Positions 48,861 to 61,400 of a stretch of DNA of 64,000 bases are shown here, piece by piece; position 1 is the first letter of the stretch; each line of letters opens with the position of its first letter. The notes under the pieces were generated by a model. That model was not told where the DNA came from. It worked only from the letters and a program-made list of their open reading frames with translations, and searched no databases. The stretch comes from Podarcis tiliguerta (Eukaryota), in the NCBI GenBank assembly GCA_965153285.1, contig OZ229116.1; one strand, 5' to 3'. Made by a program: the position numbers and the translations under genes.

Positions 48861-49224
48861 CCGTATTTTTCGTCCTATAGGCAGGCTGCCGCCCCAAGCC
48901 TCGCGCGCTCGGCGGGACCTCCCGTCGGGCGTGCAAGGCTTGCGGACACTTGCCCGAAGCACGGGGAGTCCTCCGGAGGGCTCCCCGTGCTTCGGACGGC
49001 AGGCTGCTGCCCGCAAGCCTTGTGAGCCCGTGGGAACTCCCACAGGGCTTGCAAGGCTTGCGGATAGCTTCCTGAAGCCTGGAGAGCAAGAGGGGTCGGT
49101 GCGCACCGATGCCTCTCGCTCTTCAGGCTTCAGCGAAAGCCTGCATTCGCCCCATAGGACGCACACACATTTCCCCTTCATTTTTGGAGGGGAAAAAGTG
49201 CGTCCTATGGGGCGAAAAATACGG
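48861..49224. mobile_element. pogo/Tigger-like MITE with GC-rich internal hairpins
   Basis: TA-ccgtatttttcgtcctatagg ... cctatggggcgaaaaatacgg-TA. Confidence 0.9.
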
Positions 49225-52099
49225 TAAGTAGCTGATTTATTTCAGGGCATTATAAAAGGATACTTGTAATGGGTATGAACTTTTGTATATCTCTGAATGA
49301 GTAGCAGTAATAGTGACTTATTTACAGAGTTCCCTACCAATAGCACCAAAAGAAGACTAAAATACAATAAACCATGGACATAATTCAGCTAAAGCAAAGT
49401 GCTTCGAAATCAGATTCATTTATGCACGAGAGGGTTAACTTTCCCTTTGAAATCAGGACTTCCGAGGGCTTCACTGTGGCTTGGCTGTGCCCAGTGTAAA
49501 AAAGAAAGAAAGACTTAAAACATTTATATATTTCCTACAAGGGGATTATATAGTAATAGAAGGGAACATAATACTGTACAGAAGTGGTTTTCACATTTTC
49601 GGTCTACAGAAAACCACTTTTCCAGATTTTTTGATCTGCTGACAAATTCTTACACATCTGCTGCATAACCGCAGAAAAGTCTCGAGGATGGTTTAGGATG
49701 TGTTATTGATTCACTGGCTTGGCCTATTGGCTTGTGGAAACTGAATGTTCCAGAACATATCCAACAATCCTCTGCAGCTGTGCACTGCAAGGAGAGATGA
49801 ATGACAGAAGGAAAGTTGTCCTTCAAGAAAACACAGCTCATTCCACTATCAGAACCTAAAAAGAGCCCTGCTGGAGCCATTCAAAAGGCCCATTTAGTCC
49901 AGCATCCTGTTTGCAGTGGCTAACCAGATGCCTGCGGAAAGCCCTTAAGGCAGATTGTCTTCCAGTATTGAGCTTTTAACTGAGGAATCCCAGAGTTCCT
50001 CAGAATACTGTACTACGGGGGGGGGGGGATAGGTTGCAATCCTGTGTGCACTTGTTTTCCTGGGGTTAAGCCACATTGTGCACAATGAGGCTTCTATGTG
50101 TAGGAGTGCAGTCTCCAAGTGACCCTTGGTTTCTGAGATGGGCCATTGCCAACATCTGTTAATATTGCAGTAGCAGCCAGTGTGATGGGGCAGACCTCCA
50201 TCCCAAGACTGGTGCTGCTTCACCTTACCTGGATGATACTGGAGTGGGCAGAGCTGCTCCATCCGTTGCTGTAGCAATGCTGATGTCAGGAGGGAGCTCT
50301 GGGTATCTCTGACCCACCATGCCAGCTGCTGTTGGATATTTGAATAGCTTCCGTTAGTTAGCTGTACACACTGTTTTTGCAAAACGACTTCTGGGAATTA
50401 CCTCTTATTTTTGCCAGCACATAGCTAAAAGGAATGTCCCAACTAGATTGTACCAAGGTTCCACTTACATGTCAGGAAAATGCATTTGGTTTGTAACAGC
50501 TGTCCGAGCGTTATAATAAAAGAAGCTTTATTTCCACTCCATGCCTGGTTTATTGAGTATTTAATTTTTCATCATCAGCGGCACCTTGTATGCATTCCAT
50601 GAACACATGCCTGGCATTTAATACAGCCAGAGTCCTGCTCTTTCAATTATTTGTCTTGAGTCCTCACGGATAGGGTCAATTATATATAGCAAAGGAAACA
50701 GTCCTTCTCTAATTATGTTGAAATACCAGTTATTTCTTTTAGTTGCTGCTATGTTATTTTCTTTAACCAATCAAAAGTTACCCTCTGACATGTCATTAAA
50801 AAGCAACTAAGGACCAATGAGTTTGAATGCAATGCCCAGTAAGAGATGTCTGTCCTTTTTTGATCCTACTGTACCTTACAAGGAAAAAGAGGTCTCTAAT
50901 GACAACTAACACAACAGAAAATGCATTAAAGCACATAGACACTTCTAGCAACTGTGCTAGCCTAGCTCTTTCTTGACAGATGCCAAATGAAAACCACATG
51001 TACATTGTATCTCTCAGAGGACTCTGCTAAAAGCACACAGCCAACCCTTTAACCCTCATTCATTTTATTATCTACCAGTTTGTGTAAGTGAGCTGTCTTA
51101 CATAACTTTATACTGCACCTATGTTCCTTTAATGTCACAATGCTACTTTCCCCTCTGCCACATTCTTATACACCCAGTCTTTCATAAAGCTAGAAGAACT
51201 TGAATATTTTGTATTTAGTCTGGTCTTAACACGTCAACTAAACATCTATCCATCTACACTTTCCTGTAAATCAAGCTTCACTTTTAACCTGAGCACAACT
51301 TCAGTAGAAAAAGATATAAATGCAGATAGCAGTGGAAGGAAGAGAAATGGAGGACTGAATCTGACTGAAATAAAAGATGGCACTGATGAGGTAAAAAAAG
51401 AGACCAAGTCAGCTGCAATTCACTCTGGCAGAGAACAAGCCTTGAGGAAAGCTTTTCTTTTGAAAACTGGTCTAAACGAGAGATGTTGTATTTGTTGCCA
51501 CAGAAAAAAGGATGTGATTTGCTTAGGGAAGAAGGGGAGGCTGTCCTCTTCTTCCCCAAGCAGCTCCTCTGGTTTGCTTCTGTGCAATTTGGTCATGAAC
51601 CGGGTTGGATGCAGAGGGATGGTGGGTGGAACCGGCTAGGGAACTACCGAGGGAAGAAGGCTCAGAGCCAGGGGATTGATTGTAGGCTGATGATAAGCTG
51701 TCAGAGGGAGAAGAGGGGGACGACTGCTAGGAGCATCCTCCTGTCGTGTAGGGCCCTGGCATGTCGTGTAGGGCCAACTGGCATGTTCTCTCCTTCCTGG
51801 TCGATCGTTCTGGAGCTTCAAAAGCTTTCTTCTGCCTGAACATCACAGCTACTGATGACAACAGACATTGGCACACTTAGGGATACGCAGAGTCTCCACA
51901 GTTTGCGTAACAGAACCAATAGCACAGCATTTTGGCTAATCTACATTTATTTACATATAATACACTCAGCGCTTTCTGACTTAGCTCCTCCCTTTCTCAT
52001 CAGACAGCAAAGAGAGAAAGGAACAAAGGACAATAGTCCCACTTCATGGAACACAGTAACACAAACATCCTGTCTCCGTCACTTCCCACACTGTGGAAT

Positions 52100-52690
52100 G
52101 AAAACAATCCCATGACTGCAGACACAGAGAATGAATCTCCAACAATGACTAGGAGAAGGAGGCGTTGGAAGCTGAAGAGGTAGCAGGGTTTAGTAAGCAG
52201 GCAGAGGCTGTGGCAGAGAGTACAGTGGTACCTCGGGTTACAGGCGCTTCAGGTTACAGACTCTGCTAACCCAGAAATAGTACCTCAGGTTAAGAACTTT
52301 GCTTCAGGATGAGAACAGAAATCATGTGGCGGCAGCTGGAAGCCCCATTAGCTAAAGTGGTACCTCAGGTTAAGAGCAGTTTCAGGTTACGAATGGACCT
52401 CCAGAACGAATTAAGTTCTTAGCCCAAGGTACCACTGTAGTCTACAATCAGAGGCAGAACCTGAAGCAGGAGAGTGAGATGAGGAAGGCCAAGAGGCAGA
52501 GATGAGCCAGGCTAGGTATCTCTCCCTCCTACTGTGACAGGCTCCCCTCCCCTTGTCTCCCAGAACCAGAAGAGGCATGAAAATATTGGCTTTGTGCAGG
52601 CACATTCTCCTATTGCTTGATTGTGTTCTTGCTAATAAAGAGTTAATTCCAACTTGAACAGTGTGATTTACTGCCAACTCACTGTCACTT
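52100..52690 (+). mobile_element. Probable degenerate solo LTR interrupted by a MITE
   Basis: Purine-rich U3-like sequence followed by AATAAA near 52634; termini and TSD not resolved. Confidence 0.4.
52223..52437. mobile_element. Tc1/mariner-type MITE, family A copy 3
   Basis: TA-cagtggtacctcgggtta ... ccaaggtaccactg-TA. Confidence 0.92.
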
Positions 52691-52732
52691 CTCCCTTGTG
52701 TGTGTGCACGCGCATGATGCTCTGATGGTGTT

Positions 52733-52805
52733 TCCTGCTTGGCAGGGGGTTGGACTCGATGACCCTTGTGGTCTCTTCCAACTCTATGATTCTATGATTC
52801 TATGA
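52733..52805 (+). mobile_element. CR1 3' tail fragment
   Basis: ggcagggggttggactcgatgacc...ttccaactctatgattctatgattctatga. Confidence 0.85.
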
Positions 52806-54158
52806 GTGTGTGCTAGCACTAGGGAGGATAGAAAAAGTGTGTGTCGGGAGAGAAAGACATACAGAGAGAGACAGATTGTGTGATAGGGCCTGCCTCCAAC
52901 TCACCAGATTGAATGGCCACCCACTGCCAATGGAGGCAACCCATTATGTATATTGGTTTTCAGTAACTCTTGAAATTGATACCTTTTAGTTTAGTCTCAT
53001 GCTCTAGACATGTTTTTGCATACGGCAATATTGTGCCATATCTAGAGGGCACTCTTGCATGCAGAAAGTTTCTGCGATGAATTGCAAGCTTTCACGGCCA
53101 ATAACGCTTTCCTGTGGGATGTGTTTAATAATACTAAACATAATGTAAAATATGCCAAAATTCCATTCCAAGGAAAAAAAATATTATTAAATTTCCAAAG
53201 GAATGACATAAATCAAATGCTTGTTTATGAGCTTCTATTTCAGTAGCACAGTATCTACAAACATTGTGCAAATCCCACAGGGAATATTTTATGACATCAC
53301 AAAGGAATCCCTTTGTTTATTTAAAGGAAAGGATGAAATGGGTGTATTAGCATATTCTTTCTGGCATCTAATGGAGTCCTAATGCATTCTTTTAAATTCA
53401 TTATCTCACTTTCCTCTTATTGTGAAAGTCCAGACTTGAGCATGCAAGTCTGTCCTTAATAATATAAAAACCATGAACAAATTATGTTTTATAGTTATAG
53501 TCAAAGCTGATGACAACTTGTCCTTTCAGCATATTGCATTAAAGAGGAAGTATAAATGTTTATTCAACTTAAAATTTTTTAAACATTGCCAACAGAGAGG
53601 CAATACTAAATAAAACTGTGCTCTGAAGCTCTTCTCCCCTCTACGTGGTCTCACCGATTGCTTCTGAAATGACAGGTAATTAAGGTAATGCTGTGAATAA
53701 GCTTTTTTCTACACTGGGCAGCACAGGCAGGAAGTCTGTCACCATTGCATTGGCTGTTTGCACATCCTGCTTCAAGTGCTAGGTCACAGTAGCGGGTTGT
53801 GTGAACTTTTGCCCTTTTCAATGGGTTACTTTAAGGAAGGAGGAATTGGATTGTGAAACTTCCTTGTGACTGACTCAACCTCTCAAGAATAAATGTGCTG
53901 GAAAGCCTTTGTGTGAGGTCCACTGAAAGAGCCTTCAAGGAGGCCTTAAATAAATTGCTTCACAGTTGGGGGGGACGGGTGAGCTTGGCTGCACTTGATC
54001 ATGGTCTTGGTAAATTGAAATGTGCTGACGTATTACTGAGCGACAAAGATTTCCAACCAAAGAATATTCCAGGGAGCAAAATACAACCAGAGAATGAAAA
54101 CTAGCATTGCTTCCCTTTGGTTAATGTAAATCAAACCTGGACAGTTACTTTCAAAATA

Positions 54159-54384
54159 CAGTGGTATCTCGGGTTAAGTACTTAATTCATTCCGGAGGTC
54201 CATTCTTAACCTGAAACTGTTCTTAACCTGAAGCACCACTTTAGCTAATGGGGGCTCCTGCTGCTGCCGCTCTGTAAGAGCACAATTTCTGTTCTCATCC
54301 TGAAGCAAAGTTCTTAATCTGAAGCACTATTTCTGGGTTAGCGGAGTCTGTAACCTGAAGTGTATGTAACCTGAGGTATCTCTG
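54159..54384. mobile_element. Tc1/mariner-type MITE, family A copy 4
   Basis: TA-cagtggtatctcgggtta ... taacctgaggtatctctg-TA. Confidence 0.9.
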
Positions 54385-54867
54385 TATAGCTGTTACAGAC
54401 AGCCTCACTGAAGATGGGTGCTGGGTGACACTGTTAATATAATGGGTGCAATAATTAACACCCCCCAACATATTCACACAGCAGAGGTCAATAATTGTTT
54501 GTACTACCTTTTATGTTTAACAGTCACAAAGGTATATTTCTGTGAAGACCCACTCCCTACCCAGAGGTTCAAAGTATGAGGAGGCACTACAGGGGGCAAC
54601 CATTTTGCATGCATCCAATTGGCACATGACCGCTGATGCAGATCCTTTTGGACCAGGAAAAGGGCAAACCAGGGACAGGAGTAATGAGGCAGGCTTATGC
54701 ACACTCCGCCAATGTGTGCAGGAGCCCAGAATGGAAGCCTGTGCAAAATGGTCACCCCCTGTACTGTACATTTATTTAATTGCACTCTTTGAGGTTTTAA
54801 CAAAACTTAATTTAAAACACACACTCTTTTCAGAGCAGCTTTTAAGCCGCGCTCGTTTGAAACCAAG

Positions 54868-55471
54868 TGTCCTGAAACCCTGGCCTACCTTGCAGCAAGT
54901 CAATATGCCAAGTCTAAAATCCGAAGTCCAAGGGTCCAGAAACACAGTCCACGGTCAATCCATGTAGAGTTGTAGACCAAGTCTGAAGCAGTCAGGATAC
55001 AGTTCAGAGTCACACCCAAAGCACAGTACCCTAAGGGCCAGGAACATGGATCGTTGAGCAGACACAGACCCTCAGCTCTGCTTTAGCTTTTATACCTTCC
55101 ATGCTGATTGCAACATCTGGGCTTGGTGAGACATGTGACCCTCACCTGCTTCAAGCCTACTCCAGCTGAAGAAGAGCTAGCAAGGCCTCCCTGGCCAGCT
55201 AGGGAACCGGGCTGTGGGCCTTTGCCTGCCTCAGCCTCCTGGAGTGCCCCGTCTGCTGCTCCCAATGCCTCAGAGTCTGCTGCGTTCGTGGGGACAGGGC
55301 CCTCTCTGGTGATGTGTCCTGCTGCCCTGGTTTCTGTGCACTGACCTCCAATCCCTCCCCAACCTCCGTCGCCCTGTGAGTACTTCGTTCCCCATCCTCT
55401 GCTTCCCCAGTGTGTTCCAGTCCTGGCTCCAACCTTCTTCCTTCTCCTCATCATCCTGCCAGTTCATGACA
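54868..55471 (-). mobile_element. Solo LTR (604 bp)
   Basis: TGTC...GACA termini, perfect 5-bp target duplication CCAAG (54863-54867 and 55472-55476), and TATAAAA on the minus strand near 55088-55094. Confidence 0.88.
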
Positions 55472-58400
55472 CCAAGTCTCAGAGGTAGACTTTTCCCACC
55501 TAGAATGGCTGTCAGTGTTCTAACCAAGAACTTAAGGACTTAACTTATCCACTGGGAATCCAAACCAGGTTTCCCTGCCTAGTACTAAAGACTTGGTCCC
55601 TTTCAAAGGCCAACAAAAAAATCAGGAGTGTGTTGAACTACCCTAATTCCCCATCAGAGGATCTCAATGATCAAGATGGAGCATGGGATCAGATCATCCT
55701 TAAGGTACTTTGGGCCCAAGTTGTTTGATCCAGCAGCTTCTGGAAGGATCCAGATTGGGAAAGACTGGTATAGTGGATTCATTTTGTTGTATGAAGACTA
55801 CGCAATGTGAACAGGCTCTATTGTAAGTAGCCGCTTCCAGGTATGTCATTGGCACATATCTGCTCACATGCCAGCCCAGCATAAGCCCCACTTAATTGTC
55901 CCATTCTTCCTAGCTGCCAGCCTATGGCTGCCCATTCCTTTTTCTGCTTCCTTTAGCTATGGTTTCCTTAACAATGACTGACCTTTTTTCATTCTAACTC
56001 TATTCAGCAGCATCTCAAAAATGAATTAAGAAGACTAACTTGCTATTTGCTTCCCAGAGGTATTGAGTAATGAAAAGACTTGAACATAAACAGGACAATA
56101 GAGAGAATGCAGAGATGCTGTGTCACTGAGCTCTTTCTGAATAGAAGACATATTCCTACTTCATTTTGCAAGGAACTTCTTTGGGAGAGATTTATTTGTA
56201 GTGACATTAACCAAATGTAAAAAGCTAGATGTAAGTAGCACAACTGGTAGTGCTACGATCAGATATGGTTAGACCTGTGTTCATATAGTAGCATATATTT
56301 CTAAGTAGCAAGGGTTTTCCTCTTGCAATTATTCAATGGCATCAAAATTAGGCTTTGGGGAAACATCGTTTCAAGGTTCTGACCTTTTCAGTCAGTACTC
56401 AAGTGTATGTTTTCCATCTAAACCTTGTACAGCTGAGCCACTGACATTTCCAGTTTCTGCAGACCTAGATCTGGAAACAGCAGCCAGCAAAATCACAGAA
56501 GATATTGTGTGCCTTAGTTTACATTAATTTGACAGCCTAAATAGGATTGTCGCTTAATATGCCTGTCAAGTGTAGCTAAATAGCCCTGACACTTAAATTA
56601 CAGAGCTACATATCTTCTGCACAATGAGCCAGGGAGGATTCAGAGATAGAGCATTCATAACATCCCAGGTTCGATCCCAGGTAAAAAACATCAAGTAGAA
56701 AATGATGTAAAATATCTTTGCCTATGTCCCCGAAGAGCTGTTTCTAGTCACAGAAGATCATGCTGATCTGGATTGACAAATAGTCTGATATGACGAGTTG
56801 CATCTCCCTATGTTCTTAACATGCAATTTCTGAGAATCGGTTACTGTTTTGCAAAATATTTCTACTCTATATGAATGCTGAGGGGGAAAAAATATGTTCA
56901 GTGTCCAATTGCAGAGGTGTAGTAGACTAGTTTTCAGTGATGAGATGTGGAGCCTACTCAATGTCTCTGTGCCTCCATTGCTTGGTTGCTAGGCCAAGAT
57001 ATTGAAGGGACTTCTATAACGTCTATAAAGAGTCTGTGGCCATGTACAATTTTCTTTTCAAAGTGCTGAAATTACCAGGGAAGTCACACGTGAGAATTCA
57101 GTCTGACTTTCATTTCACAGGAGCCTTTTCAGGGCCTGGACCAGGCAATATTACTCTCCAGTTTCTGGTATCCATGTTTTCATCTTCCGCCTTCTTGCTC
57201 TGTCATTGCTTTATATACCCAACTTAACTGTGCACTCTGCAGATGAGCGCCTCCTGCAGATAGCATTTTATTTGGAGGTCCATTTCACACAATGTAGAAA
57301 TCAGCCCTTAAGTGTTGTGGCATTAATGTGTGGCATGCACTGGGGGGAAAGGAATCTCTTGTATTTAATTTTTCTATTGATAGTTTATGCCAATGATGTC
57401 TTCCTGAATAAGCTTTCATGTATGAATGACAAATGCTCCCTCCTGCCCCTTAAGTAAGGCTGAATCTTAAAAACAACAGCAACTCAGATCTAAACAGAAA
57501 TATACCACCACCTCTATTCAAAATTGTGTAACTGTATTTATAAATGGAGCTGTAAAAAATCCACAGCATAATTGAACAATCACTACGCATAAGTGAGTCC
57601 CATTGACTTCATAGTGGTTTGCTGCAGGACTATTGAACCCAGTGGATTTACTTTTGAATTTGCATAGATGTCTAGCCTTTGCGTAATTAGAGAACAGGAC
57701 AGGTTCTGTCACCATTGTATAGGATGCTGATGACAGAAGAGTTTGTTTTTGTGAACACGTATCATTCCAAGTTTCGTTTAAGGCAGCCAAAGATAATCTT
57801 GAGACAGCTGGAAGAAAGACTTTGATTTCTTGCAGGTGGCTAGTGTGAGCTCTGTTTTATTACTAGCTCTTTGATTTGTATGACCTCACCAGGATCTGTT
57901 TTATCAGTGAACATAGGAGGTTGCTTAACTGAAGCAGGCAGTAGGTCCACCTTACCCAGTAAGTTTTCTCTGACAAATAGTTTTCTCTACAAGGTCTTTA
58001 GGGCAGGGGTTTCTTCTGACCCCTATAATCTGTGATCTGCTAATGGATTATTTATTTTTATTTTATTTTATTTTATAGCACATTTATGCCACTCAATATT
58101 TCAAAAGTATCAAAGTGGTGTACAGTTTAAAACACATTATATCATTGAAGCATTTAAAAAACACACCAAAACCTCAACTTAGAACCAGTACAACAGCAAT
58201 ATAGAAACCTCTCAATATTTGCTGCACTGTCAGCTGGTGTAAACCAAGCCGCTGTTTAACTTTGCCACAAGGATGGTGTTAATTCACAGAGCAAGTGGGA
58301 CTGTAACAATGGAAGCCCCCTCCTGTCAAAGTGCCCCCACTGTAACCTTCCAATGTGGACAGTGCGCTCTTTTCACGCTTCCTGCAGATCAAAACATAGA

Positions 58401-61400
58401 AGCTGTTTCCCCTTCCCGCTGCCTCTTTCCTTTCCAGTACCGTACAAACAACAAAAGTGAGAAATGAGGGAAACAAACCTTTTAACCAAGGAATCCCCTG
58501 GAGTTGAAGCAAGAAAGTAAACTGCTGTAAAAGATCCACATGCATGTTATAACCTAAATTAGATTATTTCCTTGGAAACAACTCTTCTGCTACCCCATAG
58601 ATTCCTCTGCGAGAACCCAATTGTCCTTCAAAGGTGGAAATGTCATAATTCTGACACGCTTCTGTAAGCTTTCTGGGGTTTTATTCTGAGTGCCAAATTT
58701 GAAATTGCAAGTGTTAGATAACTTAGCAAGCCATCTGTATGATGCAAACCATTTTACACACAGTATTTGTTTGCCTTGACTGCATGGAATGAAAGCGCTG
58801 ATCACATCACTGCAACTTATAAAATAAATAGATCAAGATGCTACATATTTGACCCTAAATGCCACGGTCCAGTGAGCCTTTTTATACAAAATATGCTCAG
58901 CTGCAGTGTTTTCTACCAGGTGGTTATAAAAAAAACCCTACAACTCAAAATCTGAGGCTAAGGTTGCATTCCTATGTACACTTACTGGGGTGCAAGGCAC
59001 AGTGAACCCTGTCAGCTTGACTAATATTACTGTACACTGTAAAAGCTAAAGGTGCTTTGTATACAATAACTTCTAGCCCTTAATTCCTTTTTCATTTGAT
59101 TTATGAATTCTCTTTTACAAGGTCATTTACAAACATACAATAAGAACAGCTAAAACCAGTAAAAAATAACAACTAAAAATAGGGTTTAAAACTATGCAAG
59201 AGGAAACCCTAAGAAAGAGATCTAGGTAGAAGGAAGATCCAAGAGAGGAATCTGTGTTTAATGGTTTAGACCCAAGCGTTCTCCTCCCATACCATCTTGT
59301 CCACTTCCTAAGATCAGAAGCAGATGTCCTCCTCTAGGGTTGACACCTTTGGCTGGGCAAGATAAAGGGCAGGTTGGGGAGGAGTGAGGGAGGGGCACTC
59401 TCAGGACACCAAATCCCCCCCCCCTTGTATTTTATGCATTTTTATTGTGGTATTTCTTGTATTTTTGGCTATGATTTTATGGGAGGGTGTCATGATACAT
59501 CAGATCTTCTCCAAGATTGGAAAGAAAGCTCTGACCATGGAGAGAGGAAGCTCATGTCAGGTTTTACCTCCTTGAGGCAATTTCTGCAGCCCTGACCCTA
59601 CAGAAAACAGAGCTCTGACACTGGCAGGATGAAAAGAGGCCACAAGAAGGCTTGGATCTGAAGGAGCCAATGCCTGTGCAATCCTGAGGAAGAATTTTTA
59701 CCAGCCCGGGATCTGGTGTAAATTTATTCCTTCCTGTTGTTTCCAAAGGGAGAGGAAAGTGTTTTTCTTTTGTTTTGTTTTTGAATGGGGAAAGGACAGA
59801 AGTGTGCAAGAGTGCTGCCCTGTCCTCATTTGCACCCTTCTGGCAAGAGCTGCACTGAGTGCCATGGACACTAGGAGAGTGGGATTGAAGATGCTCACAG
59901 TGGCATTGACTGGGGTTGCGCACTCAGCCCGCCATGGGGCTGGGGTGCACTGCCAGAGCAACACCTGCACACTGGCTAGCCAGCTTTGAGGGGTGCACTC
60001 ACAGTGCCCTGCAAGCCCAGTATCACTTTGCAAGACTTGCAAAAACTGTGCTGGACTCACAGGGCACCACAAGGTGTTGCGTCCTTCTCAGGGACAATAG
60101 TTCACGACGCCCCACACCCTCCCCTTAAACTGCACCCAGGGCAATTGTCCCTCCAGCCCCCCCTCCCATGCTATGCCTCTGAATGTTCATATGAATACAT
60201 ATGGGCTAAGTCTGACTTGCCATGAAATTGCATTGCACACTCATTCTCTGCAAGCTGAAGTAGCTGTTGGGGAAACTTGAACTACTGGGTTCAAGTTTTG
60301 GAGTTTCACATCTGCTTGATGGTTTATGATCACTTAGCAAAGGGCTTAATAAAAGCCAGAGGTCCATCTGAGAACTATGCAAAAGTAGCGATGAGGCAGC
60401 AGTGGGGTGGAAGGGAATTCTAGGAAACAGCAGGATGTGGAAATTAGAGAAATGACAATTGCAAATTTCAATGTAAACTGACCCAAACTACATCTAGCGA
60501 TGGGAGAACATGCCAACTTTGGTTTCTCTTAATTACTCATGTGTCCAGTCTTAAGTCTGGTTCTCCAAATAGTCACATCAGTTTGTAAATTCATGTCCAT
60601 GAAAATTCATTGGCACCTTAGCGCATTCCCTCCCCCCGAATATATACACATTTTTAATGCAATTTTGCCTATTCTCCACATTTTTTCAAACCATTTCCCT
60701 CTCATATTATGTACTTCTGTATGATGATTTCACTAATACATGCATTTTTATGCACACTTTACCCCAAATTAATACTGTATGTTTTATGAGGGAGGGAATC
60801 AATTGTGTGGCACCCCCCACCCCAGCTCAGGGCAAACTTGTTCCTTTTATTATTATGACTTAATACTGCAAGATCCCGCACTTTCCAGCTCTGTTATGTT
60901 ACAGAGCATATCAACAAACATACAGGTTTAAGCGCCTGAACTGAACCATCTCACGGGCTGAAGCAATGCATATGCTAAGCATTAAAAGGAGCTACAGCTT
61001 CTTTTGGCAGAGTGGGGTTTCGTTGGATTAGGCTGCCCATGGTGTGAGAGGGAGTGGTAGAACGCAAAGCCATACAAACAACTTTTTGCCACTGTGTGCA
61101 AATGGAATCCAGCACTAAAGGGGAACTTTGGCTTGAAACAGGATGAAAGACTAAACCACTGGGGAGATGCAATTGAGTGGCCTCTACTGTGTGGGTCTCT
61201 CCATTTGTGCACCTAGTCTCAGTTCAGCTAGCAAATGCCAGATGTGGAACAGCTTCCATTGCGCTGATATCTTCTTTGCTGAGGGCCCTGTCACATTAGC
61301 CTGTCTGAACAGTCTGCTGCTGGTGTTAATTCCATTGGACTTCCCAGAATGCATAAAAGCTAATAAACACACCTACGCTATGTCAAAAGTAAAAGCAACA

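Noticed and set aside
48735-49227. Several overlapping 78-107 aa ORFs on both strands
   Set aside because: Produced by the stop-poor, GC-rich palindromic MITE interior.
54504-55527. ORFs of 77-141 aa around 54.5-55.5 kb
   Set aside because: Largely within or running into the solo LTR; no recognisable domain or supporting splice structure.
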